A stretch of DNA of 64,000 bases from Chiloscyllium plagiosum (GCF_004010195.1 NC_057756.1:970265-1034264), one strand, 5' to 3'; shown: positions 14,191 through 26,613, counted from the first letter of the stretch. The notes: generated by a model not told the origin, from the sequence alone. Made by a program: numbers and translations.

Positions 14191-15990
14191 CGAGAGGGAC
14201 ATGATGAATGTTGAGATTAGAGATAGAAGCTTGTTTACTCTGGATCACATTGACAAAAAGAGCGAAGATGTGTTGGGTAGGCTAAAGGATATTAAGGTGG
14301 ACAAATGCCCAGTACCCGATTGGATCTATCGCAGGTTGCTGAGGGAGGCGAGAGATGAAATATCTAGGGCCCTGACAGATATCTTTGTAACATCCTTAAA
14401 CACAGGTGAAGTGCCAGAGGACTAGAGGGTAACTTATCTTGTCCCCCTGTGCAAGAAGGATAGTAGGGATATTCCAGGTAACTACAGACCAATGAGTCTG
14501 ACTTCAGTGGTGGGAAAGTTACTGGAGAAGGTACTGAGGGATAAAATCTATTTATATTTGGAAACAAATGGGCTTATCAATGGCAGGCAACATGATTTTG
14601 TGCGGGGGAAATCATGCCTTACCAAGTTAATAGAGTGCTTTGAGGAAATGACCAAGTTGATAGATGAAGGAAGGACTGTAGATGTCATATACACAGACTT
14701 TAGTAAGGCGTGTGATAAGGTTCCCCATGGTATAGTAATGGAGAAAGTGAAGTCACATGATGATCAGGGTGTTCTAGCTGGGAGGATAAAGAAATGGTTG
14801 AGCAACAGGAGATAGAGAGTAGTAGTTGAAGGGAGCTTCTGGAAATGGAGAAAGGTGCCCAGTGCTGTTCCACAGGAGTCAGTATTGGGGTCACTGTTGT
14901 TTGTGATATACATAAATGCTCTGGAAGAGGGCACTATTGGTCTGATCAGTAAGCTTGCAGATGGCACGAAAATTGATGGAGTAGCAGAAAGCATAGGGGA
15001 CCGCTGAAGAATACAGGAGAATATAGATAGACTGGAGAGTTGGGCAGAGAAATGGCAGATGGAGTTCAATCCAGGCAAATGTGAGGTGATACATTTTGGG
15101 AAGTCTAATTTTAGAGCGAAATATACTGTAAATGGAAGATGCTTGGGAAAAGTGGATGAGCAGAGAGATCTGGGAGTTCAGGTCTATTGTACCTTGAAGG
15201 TGAATGAAAGTGACATTATTACACCAAATGTGTTCATAACAATCGAATTCAATACCTTGAACAAAACATACTGACACCTACTACTCATCACCTTTGAGTC
15301 CAATAACCTTAATCCCATACTGACTTTGCATCAGAGTTCACTGAGGAGAGGAGTGGTCAAGAAGGCATATGGTATGCTTGCCTTCATCAGACGGGGTATT
15401 GAGTATAAGAGCTGGCAGGTCATGTTAAAATTTACAAGACGTTTGTGCGGTTGCATGTAGAATACTGTATACAGTTCTGGTTGCCACATTACCAAAATGA
15501 TGTGGATGCTTTCGAGAGGATGCAGAGAGGGTTTATGAGGGTGTTGCCTGGTATGGAAGGTGCTAGCTATGAAGCGAAGTTGAGTAGATTAGGATTGTCT
15601 TCATTAGGAAAAAAAAAGAGATTGAGGGGAACCTGATTCAGGTCCACAAAATCATGAATTGTATAGACAGGGTGGATAGAGATAAGATTTTTCCCAGGGT
15701 GAGGGATTCAATAACGAGAGGTCACAGGTTCAAGGTGAGAGGTGAACCGTTTAAGGGGGATACACGTGAAAAGTACTTTACACAGAGGGTGGCAGGTGAC
15801 TGGAATGCGTTGCCAGCACAGGTAGTAGAAGCAGGCACGGTAGATTCATTTAAGGTGCATCTGGACAGATGCATGAGGAGGTGGGTGACAGAGTGTTACA
15901 GATGCTTAGGAATTGGGCATGTATTTGGATTGGCTTAGGCTTGGAGCGCCGAAGTGTCTGTTCCTGGGCTGTAAATTTTCTTAGTTCTTT
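14191..15990 (+). mobile_element. 5'-truncated CR1 LINE with an internal templated insertion
   Basis: SLTSVVGKLLE, KSCLT, DVIYTDFSKA, MEFNPGKCEV; stops and frameshifts. Confidence 0.9.
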
Positions 15991-16009
15991 TGCTTTTTGA
16001 CCAAACTAG

Positions 16010-16400
16010 TACATGAAGATCAAGTCACAAGACACGACCAGTACTCTTTAATTTCCACCCACACAGACAACGACGGATATTAATTCAACTGGGACAACGT
16101 AACCATCCCAGCATAAGCTAAATAGAGATACGTGAGACAATTCCTTGAATCCTGGCACTTCAATCGGAACATAATCGATAAACACATTGAACTGGATCCC
16201 AGATACAAATCACTCAGGTACAGTACTGGAAGTACCAAAAGAGATGCATAAAAACCAGGTGGGTCAGACTACCAATAACATATCTAAGATGCACTGATGA
16301 TACCTCCTAGCGAGTCTGCCGAAAACCAGACCATCACACTGAATGAATCTATGACCTCATCTACAACCCGAGCTACAAATCTTTTCAAACACTCTAAACG
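16010..16400 (+). mobile_element. Penelope-like element 3' fragment (GIY-YIG C-terminus and terminal repeat)
   Basis: translates as LISTHTD..FNWDNVTI..RQFLESWH..IDKHIELDPRY. Confidence 0.7.
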
Positions 16401-16451
16401 CTAATCCCAAATTGGAACTATAGAATAAATCCTGCCCAGAGCCCCAATATC

Positions 16452-16565
16452 TGATGAACCAGGCCAGACCCTCTCAAAACATTGTAAAAGCTAGCCCAGA
16501 CCCTAGCTTTTATGAAGGCAGATCAAAAGTGGTTATTCCAGGAGTGATGCAGCTGGTGAAAACAT
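16452..16565 (-). mobile_element. LTR fragment
   Basis: accaggccagaccctctcaaaa similar to the start of LTR 63141. Confidence 0.5.
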
Positions 16566-16569
16566 TCAG

Positions 16570-19505
16570 TTGGTTAGGATGTTCTTTGGAAATGAGAGAG
16601 ACTCGCGGTTGGTGTGTTGCTTTCCAGGTTCCAGGGTTCATGATATCTCTGATCGTGTTTTCGGGATCCTTGAGGGGGAGGGGGGCAGCCCCCAGTCGTG
16701 GTCCACATAGGCAACAATGACATAGGTAGGAAGAGAGATGGTGATTTAAGGTATAAATTCAGGGAGCTAGGGTGAAAGCTTAGAGCGAGAACAAACGGCG
16801 TTGTTATCTCTGGTTCATTGCCCGTGCCATGTGCTAGCAAGGCGAGGAAAAGGGAGAGAAAGAGTTGATTACGTGGTTACAGGCGTGGTGCAGGAGCGAG
16901 GGCTTTGGATTCCTGGATAATTGGGCTCTTGCTGCGATCGAAAAGGTAGGGAAGACGTTTAAAAAAAGGATGGTCTTCACCTGAACCAGAAGGTACCAAT
17001 ATCAGTATCCTGTGGAGGAAGGTGGGGAGGGGGGATGTTTGCTACTGCTATTCAGGAAGGTTTAAGGTAGTTCAACAAGGAGATGAGAAATTAAACTGTA
17101 ATTCCAGTGTACAGGAGGTTGAGAGATCAGAAATAAGGTTTAAAGTTTGCAAGACACACCTGCAAGCAAGAGGTTGGTTTGAAGTGTATCTATTTCAACG
17201 CCAGGATAATCAGAATAAGGTGGGTGAACTTGCAGCATGGGTTGGTACCTGGGATTTCGATGCTGTAGCCATTTTGGAGACGTGGAGCAGGGACAGTAAC
17301 GGTTGTTGCAGGTTCAGGGGTTTGATATTTCATTAAGATCAGGGAAGGTGGTAAAAGAAGGGGAGGTGTGGCATTGTTAGTTAACGGCAGTATTGCAGTG
17401 GCAGAAAGGACGGTTGAGGACTCATCTACTGATGTAGTATGGGCTGACAATTGAACGGGAAAGGAGAGGTCACCCTACTGGGAGTTTTCTATAGACCTCC
17501 AAATAGTTCCAGAAATGTAGAGGAAATGAAAGCAAAGATGATTCTCATTAGGAGCGAGAGTGACAGGGTAGTTATTATGGGGGACTACAATTTCTCAAAT
17601 ATTGACTGGGAATATTATAGTTCAAGGACTTTAGATGGGTCAGTTTTTGTCCAATGTGGCAAGAGGGTTTCCTGAAACAGTATGTAGACAGGCCGACAAG
17701 GGGCGAGGCCACATTGCATTTAGCAGTGGGTAATAAACCTGGCCAGGTGTTCAATTTGGAATTAGGTGTGCACTTTGTTGACAGTGACCGCAATTTGGTT
17801 ATCTTTATTTTAGCCATGGAAAGGGATAGATATATAAAGCAGAGCAAGAGTTACAGCTGAGGGAAAGGTAATTATGATGTGATTAGGCAAGATTTAGAAT
17901 GTATAGGATGGGGAAAGAAAGTGCACAAGATGGGCATTATTGAAATGTGTAACTTATTAAAGGAGCAGCTACTGGGGATCCTTGATAAGGATGTACATGC
18001 TAGATAAGGATGAAATAGTCGAACGTGGGAACAGTGGTTGAATTTCATATCAAGAGGAAGAATTCTTATGTTAGGATGAGACGTGAATGCTCAGTTAGTG
18101 AGTTTGAGAGTTAAAAGTTCGCCAGGAAATACTGAAAGAGAGAGCGAAGAAGAGCCAAGGTAGGACATGAGAAGCCGTTGGCAGATGGGATCAAGGGAAA
18201 CCCTAAGGCTTTCTATATGTATATCAGGAATAAAAGAATGGTTAGAGTAAGATTGGGACCAACCAAGGATAGTAGTGTGAAGTTGTGCATAGAGTCATAG
18301 GAGATATGGGAAGCATGGAATGAATATGTATCGTTAGCATTCACACTGGATACAGACAATGTTTTCGTGGAGAATACTGACGACTACAATGGGTGGGATT
18401 GAGGTTCACAAGGAGGAGGTGTAAGTCCTTGGGCCAGATGGTATCTATCCCAGAACTCTCTGGGAAGCCAGGGAGGGGATGGTGGAGCCTTTTGCTTTGA
18501 TATTTATATTGGCATTGTTTACATGAATAGTGCTGGAACACTGAAAGACAGTCAATGTTGTTCCCTTGTTCGAGAGGGGGAGTAAAGACAACCCTCTTAA
18601 TTATAGACCAGTGAGACTTACTTCAGCTGTGGCCAAAGTGTTGGAAAAGGTTACAAGAGATGGATTTATAATCATCTAGAAAGAAATAAGTTGATGAGCG
18701 ACAGTCAATACTGTTTTGTGAAGGGTATGTCGGCCCTCACAAACCTTACTAAGTTCTTGAGAAGGTAACCAAACAGATGGATGAGACTAACGTGGTCGAT
18801 ATTGTGTATATGGATTTCAGTTATGCTTTGATAAGATTCCCATAGTAGGCTATTGCACAACATACAGATGCATGGGATTGTGGGTGAATTAGCAGTTTGG
18901 ATCAGAAATTGACTAGCTGAAGGAAGACAGAGGGTGGTGGTTGATAGGAAATGTCCATCCTGGAGTTCAGTTACTACTGGTGTACGGCGAGGATATGTTT
19001 TGGGGTCACTACTGTTTGTCATTTTTATAAAAGACTTGAGTGAGAGCGTAGAAGAATATGTTAGGAAATTTGCGGATGACACTTTGGTAGAGTTGTGGAT
19101 AGTGCCGGAGGACTTTTTACGTTACAGACGTACAGAAATAAGCTGCAGAGCTTTGCTGTGAGGTGACAAATGGAGTTTAATGTGGAAAGGTGTGAGGTGA
19201 TTCACTTTGGAAGGAGTAACAGGAATGCAGAGGATTGTGCTAGTAGTAAGATTCTTGGTAGTGCAGATACAGAACGATCTTGGTGTCCATGTATATAGAT
19301 CCCTGAAAGTTGCCACTCAAGTTGATAGGGTTGTGAAGAAGGCATATGGTGTGTTTAGTATCTATTTGTAAAGTGATTGCGTTTAATTGCGATGAGGTCA
19401 TACTGCAGCTGTACAAAACTCTGGTGCGGTCGCACTTGGGATATTGCATACAGTTCTGGTCATGTATTATAGGACGCATTTGGAAGCTTTGGAAAGGGTT
19501 CAGAA
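16570..19505 (+). mobile_element. Decayed CR1 LINE (ORF1 esterase end, endonuclease, RT)
   Basis: VVISG, DAVAILETW, GVFYRPPNS, MGDYNF, KFADDT; many stops. Confidence 0.9.
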
Positions 19506-19555
19506 GATGACAAGCGTACATCCATGAATAAATCTCTTGGTTTGTTTTCTTTTAG

Positions 19556-19576
19556 ACTCGAAGGAAAAAGAATCAG
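19556..19576 (+). CDS. 21-nt phase-1 microexon (DSKEKES)
   Basis: tttgttttcttttag|actcgaaggaaaaagaatcag|GTCAGT. Confidence 0.65.
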
Positions 19577-20554
19577 GTCAGTCCCCTGTTGAATTAATGG
19601 AGAGGGAAGATGGGACAAGGGGGGATTGCATATAATTAATCTATCTCAGTGAAGTATGTTAATTGGAACTGTCTGATATAACAGTGAAATATAGCTTCAA
19701 ATTCATCTCTGGAAGGGGTACATCCACCACTGCAGTGTTTCATGGAACAGTGAAAGTAGTTTGAATGTTATTCTATCCCAGGGCTGCATTTGTTCTGAGA
19801 GTTTAATATTCATGGATCAATGTGCTATATCTCCTCCTGCAGTTTATGATAAGGGATGGGATATCATTTTGATGTTCGTCTTTGTGAATGTCAACCTTGG
19901 TGTATTTGGTAAGGAAGTGCTTGCAATTGGAGATACTTCCCTCTCGGTGTCTTGTCACCGCTTTCGACTTTGTGAGCATCTGACTGTATGAAATGTCAAA
20001 TATAGGTTTAAAAGGGAAGTTTTGGCACTGTGCTGAACTAAGGCCTTCAGAGAAGGAAAGTGATGTTTCGTTTGAATGAAGCTTCTACAAAGGCAGTATG
20101 TCCGTCGTATTGACCACAGATTTCTCTACTCGGATACAAAAGTTCAGCTCTTGCTTGAACACATAATGAGTCAGACCAAATGGTGAGAGATCACAACCGT
20201 CCAAGTATAAAGCCGCACTTCCCTAACAGTTCCGTGTTCGCTTCTACTCAACTTGCGCTCTGCCTATACACAAGAGGTATCGCTCCTCACACTGCAACTG
20301 CCGTTGAGGAAATGGAGAACACTGATCTCCCGAGGTAAGTTTTTAAACTGAACTCCTACCTTCCCTCGACCCTCTGGTGCTCGCTGTCGCTCCTCCCACT
20401 GCAACTGCTGCAGATAAAATGCGTTCCTTCTGTGTGACTTTCTTGTCATACTGCGTTTTGTTTTCACACGTGCCCATGTAGCGACGAACGCGCTACGGGC
20501 TGAAGATGACAAGCGTGCATCCACGAATAAATCTCTTGGTTTGTTTTCTTTTAG

Positions 20555-20575
20555 AGTCGCAGGAGAAAGAATCAG
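20555..20575 (+). CDS. 21-nt phase-1 microexon (ESQEKES)
   Basis: tttgttttcttttag|agtcgcaggagaaagaatcag|GTGAGT. Confidence 0.75.
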
Positions 20576-21719
20576 GTGAGTCCTCTATTGAATAATTGGA
20601 GAGGGAAGGTGGGACATGGAGGGTTGGGGATGAGGGGAGTGGGGGAGCATGTTTAAAATTAGTCTTTCCCAGCGTCGTATGTTCCTTGGATGTGCCTGAT
20701 ATAACCGTAAATAGTTTCAAATTTATCTCTCGAAGGACCACATCCGTTATTGCAATGTTTGATGGAACAGTGGATGTAGATTGAATGTTATTCAATCCTG
20801 GGACTGCATTTCTTCTGAGAGTTTAATATTCAACGATCACAGTGCTATATCTGCGCCTGCAGTTCCTGATACGTGGTAGGCTATTATTTTGATATTCGTC
20901 TTTTTGAATATCAACCTTGGTGTGTTTGGTAAGAAAACACTTGCAGTTGGAGAAACTTCCCTCTCGATGTCTCGTCTGTGTTTTGTCACCGCTGTAAGTG
21001 TTCGACTTTGAGCATCTGACTGTATGAAATGTCAAATGTATATTAAGAGGGAAGTTTTGGCACTGTGCTGAGCTAAGGCCTTCAGAGAAGGAAAATAATT
21101 TTCTTTTGAATGGATATTCTATTAAGGCAGTGTGTCCGTCGTAAAGACCCACAGAAATCTCTACTCGGATACGGAGGTTCAGCTCTTAGAGTCATAGGTC
21201 CTAGAGATGTACAGCATGGAAACAGACCCTTCGGTCCAACCTGTCCGTGCCGACCAGATATCCCAACCCAATCTAGTCCCACCTGCCAGCACCCGGCCCA
21301 TATCCCTCCAAACCCTTCCTATTCATATACCTTGCTTGGGCACAAAATGATTCAGACCGAATGGTGAGAGATCACAACCGCCCAAATATAAAGCCTCACT
21401 TACCCGTGTACGCTCCTGCTCAGCGTGCTCTAGCCTTCCCGAGGTACCGCTCCTCCCACTGCAGCTGCTGCTGAGAAAATGAAGAACGCTAACCTCCCGA
21501 GGTAGGTTGTTAAACTCTTGTAATACCTTCCCGTCAGACCTCTGGTCATCGCTGTCTCTCCTCCCACTGCAACTGCCGCCGAGAAAATCTGTTCCTTCTC
21601 TGCGATTTTCCCGCCACATTGCATTTTTTCACACGTGTACACGTAATGACGAACCTGCCACGGGCTGAAGATGACAAGCGAGCATCCATGAATAAGTCTC
21701 TTGGTTTGTTTTCTTTTAG

Positions 21720-21740
21720 ACTCGAAGGAGAAAGTTTCAG
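21720..21740 (+). CDS. 21-nt phase-1 microexon (DSKEKVS)
   Basis: tttgttttcttttag|actcgaaggagaaagtttcag|GTGAGC. Confidence 0.7.
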
Positions 21741-22699
21741 GTGAGCTAATGAAGAGGGAGGTGGGACACGGGCGCCATGTTTAAAATTAGTCTATCCAAG
21801 GGTCGTATGTTCCTTGGAACTGTTTGATATAACAGTGAAATATAGCTTCAAATTTATCTCTGAAAGGGCTACATCCACCATTGCAGTGTTTAATGAATGA
21901 GTGGAAGTAGTTTGAATGTTATTCTATCCCAGGGCTGCATGTGTTCTGAGGGTTTAATATTCATGGATCACAGTGCTATATCTGCCCCTGCAGTTTCTGA
22001 TAAGGGATGGGATATCATTTTGATGTTCGTCTTTGTGAATGTCAACCTTGGTGTATTTGGTAAGGAAGTGCTTGCAATTGGAGATACTTCCCTCTCGGTG
22101 TCTCGTCTGTGTTTTGTCTTCGCTATGAGTGTTCGACTTTGTGAGCATCTGACTGTATGAAATGTCAAATGTATATTTAAGAGCGAAGTTTTGGCACTGT
22201 GCTGAACTAAGTCCTTCAGAGAAAAAAAAAATGACGTGTTTGAATGAATCTTCTAAAAACAGTGTGTCCGACGTATTGACCCACAGAATTCTCTACTCAG
22301 ATACGAAAGTTCAGGTCTTGTTTGAACACATAATGATTCAGGTCGAATGGTGAGGCATCACAACCGCCCAAATATAACGCCTCACTTCCCCAGCAGTCCC
22401 GTGTTCGCTCCTGCTCAGGTTGCACTCTGCCTATACACGAGGTATCCCTCCTCCTAGTGGAACTGCCGTCGAGAAAATGAAAAATGCTGATCTCCCGGGG
22501 TAAATTTTTAAACTGTACTCCTACCTTCCCTCGATCCACTGGTGCTCGCTGTCGCTACTCCCATTCCAACTACTGCCGAGAAAATGCGTCCCTTCTCTGT
22601 GATTTTCCTGCCACACTGTGTTTTAATTTTCACACGTGCACATATAGTGACGTACCTGCCATGGACTGAAGATGACAAGCGTGGTTTATTTTCACTTAG

Positions 22700-22720
22700 A
22701 CTCGAAGGAGAAAGAATCAG
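22700..22720 (+). pseudogene. Inactivated 21-nt exon copy (donor GT>CT)
   Basis: ttcacttag|actcgaaggagaaagaatcag|CTGAGT, plus a deletion upstream of the acceptor. Confidence 0.7.
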
Positions 22721-23445
22721 CTGAGTCCCCTGTTGAATGAATGAAAAGGGAAAATGGGACATGGGAGTTGGGGGACATGTTTAAAATTAATCTGCCCCAG
22801 CGTCGTCTGTTGCTTGGATGTGTCTGATATAACAGTGAAATATAGCTTCAAATTTATCTTTGGAAATCCGCCATTGCAGTGTTTAATGGAACAACTTTGG
22901 TTGACTGAATGTTATTCTATCCCGGAACTGCATTTGTTCTGAGAGTTTAATATTCATGGATCTCAGCGCGAAATCTGCCCCTGCAGTTTCTGATAAGGGA
23001 TAGGATATCATTTTGACGTTCGTCTTCGTCAACGTTAACCTTGGTATACTGGTAAGAATATGTTTGGAATTTGAGAAGCGTTCCTCGCTATCTAGTCTGT
23101 TTTTTGTCACCTCTATGAGTGTTCGGCTTTGTGAGCATTTGAATGTATGAAATGTCAAATGTATATGAAGAGGGAAGTTTTGGCACTGCGCTGAACTAAG
23201 TCCTTCAGAGAAGGAAAATGACTTTTCATCTGTATGAATCTTCCGATAAGGCAGTGTGTCCGTCCTATTTCCTCACAGAATTCTCTACTCAGCTCAGCTC
23301 TCGCTTGAACACATCATGATTCAGATAAAATGAAACCACAGTGCTCAACAGGAGCAATTACTACAACTGAACTCTGATGGTCAATATTAAGCCGTACATT
23401 TATGCTTCACATCTGTTCTCTCTGCTTTCAAACAAGGCCATTCAG

Positions 23446-23472
23446 ATTGGAGGGACGTGAAGAGAAATAAAG
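23446..23472 (+). CDS. 27-nt pre-B30.2 exon (DWRDVKRNK); alternative in-frame acceptor at 23437 gives 36 nt
   Basis: ...aacaag|gccattcag|attggagg...aaag|GTGAGA; a short W-containing exon typically precedes B30.2 exons. Confidence 0.75.
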
Positions 23473-24254
23473 GTGAGAAATAAGATATTTGCCTGTCCCA
23501 CAGTTTGAATGTATTGTTAACATCTCAGAGTAATATAACATACCAGTACTCATAAGTTAAAACAACACAATGTAAAGTAGATAACTGCTAATCAATTGAA
23601 CGACCTGTTTTACAGAGGGAACTGGGTGACTCTGGAGCTGTTGATCATTTAAGAACATATTTCGTAGGGACAGGATTATGCCATTAAGCTGTTTGGATCT
23701 GCTGTGCCACTTAATGATTTTATGTTATATGTTTGACCTTGGGATCATTATTATGTAATGTCAACATCTTTCTTAAGATTTTTTTTAATTTTATACTGAG
23801 AAATATATTAGTCACTGAAGCATGCTAAATGATTGGCCCTTCTGGGATAGAGAATACCAACATTCGTCATCCTCTGAATGAAAAACTTCATCTCATTTCG
23901 TTCTTTTATGATCTGGTTCGTTATCAGAATCTGCATTCTTCTTCTCAATGCAACAGGCAGGGGTAGAGCTCTGTAAGAATTGCACATGTTTTAGTTACTT
24001 CAACTCATATTCTTCTAAGTTCCAATGAGGTTTTGAAGAGAAAGCTGAAAATTCTCAAGACGGTTAAATCAATAGAGTGGAAAGAGTTTTACCGCTTGCA
24101 GTGGGAAATGAAAATATTCGTCTACCACATACTTAGTGTTGCATTTAAATGAGTTGACCTTTTACGTGTGCTATACATTATTTCGTAAGTCTGTACACCT
24201 CCATGAACCTCATTGCGGATATATTTCAGAATTGTGTTTCTTTTTGTTTTGCAG

Positions 24255-24775
24255 TGTCAGTTTTTCTCGATGGGGAAACATCGGATCCACGATTCACTCT
24301 ATCTGAAGATCGGACCAGCCGCACGTGGGATGCAAACGCCCAACTTACACCAGAACAGAAGCAGCATAAATTAGACAGTTGGGCCATATGGGCGCGAGAT
24401 GGACTCGAGTCAGGAAAACATTACTGGGAGGTATCAGCTGGCCCAGAGACGGCGTGGACTGTGGGAGTCTCTCAGCACACAATACCCATATCCAGATTTC
24501 ACAGACCCTCGGTCAAGGTGGGGTTTTGGGTAATGATGTTGTGGAACATCAAGGGCACCCGTGTGCAAGTAAGGAAATTGGGCACAACCATGCTGTTGGC
24601 CCCATTGAACAAACTAGGAGTTTATGTGGACTTTATCGAAGGTCGAATCTCTTTCTACAACCCAGATGGTGGGGCTCATCTGCATACTTTCAACGCCGAG
24701 TTCACTGGTAAAGTTTACCCCGTCTTTCAGCTCTGGGCAAGCACCCGTCCTGATGGGACCATCTCTATTGTTTAG
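24255..24775 (+). CDS. Terminal exon encoding a B30.2 (PRY-SPRY) domain; butyrophilin/TRIM-like gene
   Basis: acceptor tttttgttttgcag; VFLDGETSDPRFTLSED, SGKHYWEV, WTVGV, GFW, KLGVYVDFIEGRISFYN, HLHTF, KVYPVF; TAG stop. Confidence 0.93.
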
Positions 24776-26399
24776 TTGGGAGACATGGAACCCAATGAAT
24801 TTGGAAGACCTCATTAAACTCAAACTGTTCTAGTTGGTGTGAAAGCCATGTTCCTCCCTACACCTAATCACACCCGCCATTTTGACGTCCTACTCTTTGT
24901 CCTTTATCTCTGTCATGTCAAATTCCCTGCTGTAATGCTTCAATAACATTTGTCTCATGCACTCTCTGAACCAGAGAGATTTTTATGTTCCACGAACCTT
25001 ACGGATGAAGAAGCATCTCCGCTTTTTCATACTGTACATCATCCTCTGTTACGTTACAAGAATTGATTCTCACTATAGTCTTCTCAACACGTTGAGCGGG
25101 CTTCTTTTCATGGGGAATGGTAGAGCAGTAATGTAGGCCACACCATGAGATGGCTGCTGCTGCCCTCAATAATTCTTGCATAAAAGTCTAGGTATTATCA
25201 ATTTTATTCCTCCCACCCCACACACAGACCACTCCCCCACCCCTCACTACCGTCCCTGTGGAAACCGTTTTTCTCATACTTCTTGCATTTATCTTTCTTT
25301 CTTGTTTGCAAATCTATATTCGTTCATCACCAAATAGACAATTTAGTTTATTAAAATAACTTACGCTAATGAAACCACCCAATTTATATCATAGCTGTTG
25401 TATCTCTCCTCACGCATCACTTGGATTCTTGGAAAGGAATTAAATAAAGAACTGATCTCTCAAATGGCCTTGAGTTCATACATAGAAAAGAAGTGACAAT
25501 TATATTAGACAGAAGAGACATGAATGTTAAAGATTGGTTCGAGATTAAAACAAAAACAAGCCAAAGCTAAAGGCCGATTGCACTAGAGATTATTAGAGAA
25601 AATAAATTCTTCATTCCAGCTTATTTTAGTTAATGAATAGATTGCAGAAAGCATCTGGTCAACATCACATTGAAAACTTTGAAGAAAAATTACAACAGTC
25701 ATGCTCATGTTGGCCCTAAACATGAGCTATTCTGTTAACCATTTCCAACTAAGCCCTTACATGTTAATGTTCAACTACTGTGCTAATGGGCAGTATTTAT
25801 TTTCCAAAAAATATGCTTTCTTGACAGAACTTGTTAGAATACATTGTGATATGTGTCAACTCTCAAATTACAGAAGATGCAATAAAATTCAACTTATCTC
25901 AATTTGGCAGTTTCTATTCAATGATATTGCCACAGATCTATGATATATTACAGAAAACCAATACAATAAAATATTTGTGTTTACAGAGATATTAAACGGT
26001 TCTTCCATTTGCAGGTGTCAGGTCAAAATAAGAGATTGGATTCAGTGTTGACTAATTATAATTGCACGATTAGTTTGGATAATTTAGGATTGCTCTCGTT
26101 AGAGGAATGAAGAATGAGATGCAGTTTGACGGAAATGTAATACATCATTTTAGGTTCAGATAAGTTATACAAAGAAAATGAGTCCAGATTGGCAAAAAGA
26201 CCAAGAGGCACAGTTTGAAAATCTTCATAATATAATACAGGAGTTACGTGTTTTTGCATTCATAATTACAGACATAATTCTAGTTTGCAATCTTGAATCC
26301 TCTTTAATTCCACACTACAATAGAGACAATGCACATCACACTCCACTCTGTCCAACGAAACTTTCAAGGCTGTGGTGATATGGAAGGTAAATGAGGTTA

Positions 26400-26613
26400 G
26401 CGAGTTTTGAGAAGATTTGTAGCTCAGGTTGAGGTTCTGGATGTAGGTTGGTTCGCTGAGCTGAAGGGTTCATTTTCAGACGTTTCATCACCATACTAGG
26501 TAATATCTTCAGTGACTGACCGGATGAAGCTTGGTCCGGCGGCTCACTGAAGATGTTACCTAGCATGGTGCCTGAAAATGAACCTTCCAACTCAGTGAGC
26601 AAATCTACATTCA
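26400..26613. mobile_element. Palindromic Penelope-derived insertion with 13-bp TSD
   Basis: GTAAATGAGGTTA at 26387-26399 and 26614-26626; inverted arms ~26437-26515 / 26544-26613; related to the 16290-16390 terminal repeat. Confidence 0.8.
26476..26515 (-). ncRNA. Minimal type I hammerhead ribozyme motif
   Basis: minus strand TCA-CTGAAGA-T-ATTACC-tagtat-GGTGAT-GAAACGTC-TGA: core boxes, 6-bp stem II, palindromic ACGT, GUC site. Confidence 0.65.

Larger units (their letters stand above)
19503..23330 (+). repeat. Array of four ~1-kb tandem units, each starting with a 21-nt exon copy
   Basis: anchor gaagatgacaagcg at 19503, 20502, 21667, 22668; unit 2 carries a CR1-tail insertion (~21188-21330). 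Confidence 0.95.

Noticed and set aside
20230..20334. Open 105-nt phase-1 segment with AG and a strong GTAAGT donor in tandem unit 1
   Set aside because: Frame and acceptor are not conserved in units 2 and 3, and the peptide is not linker-like; at best a cryptic exon.
19503..23330. Repeated 60-110-aa ORFs in the tandem array
   Set aside because: Frames are not conserved among units; the sequence is intronic.
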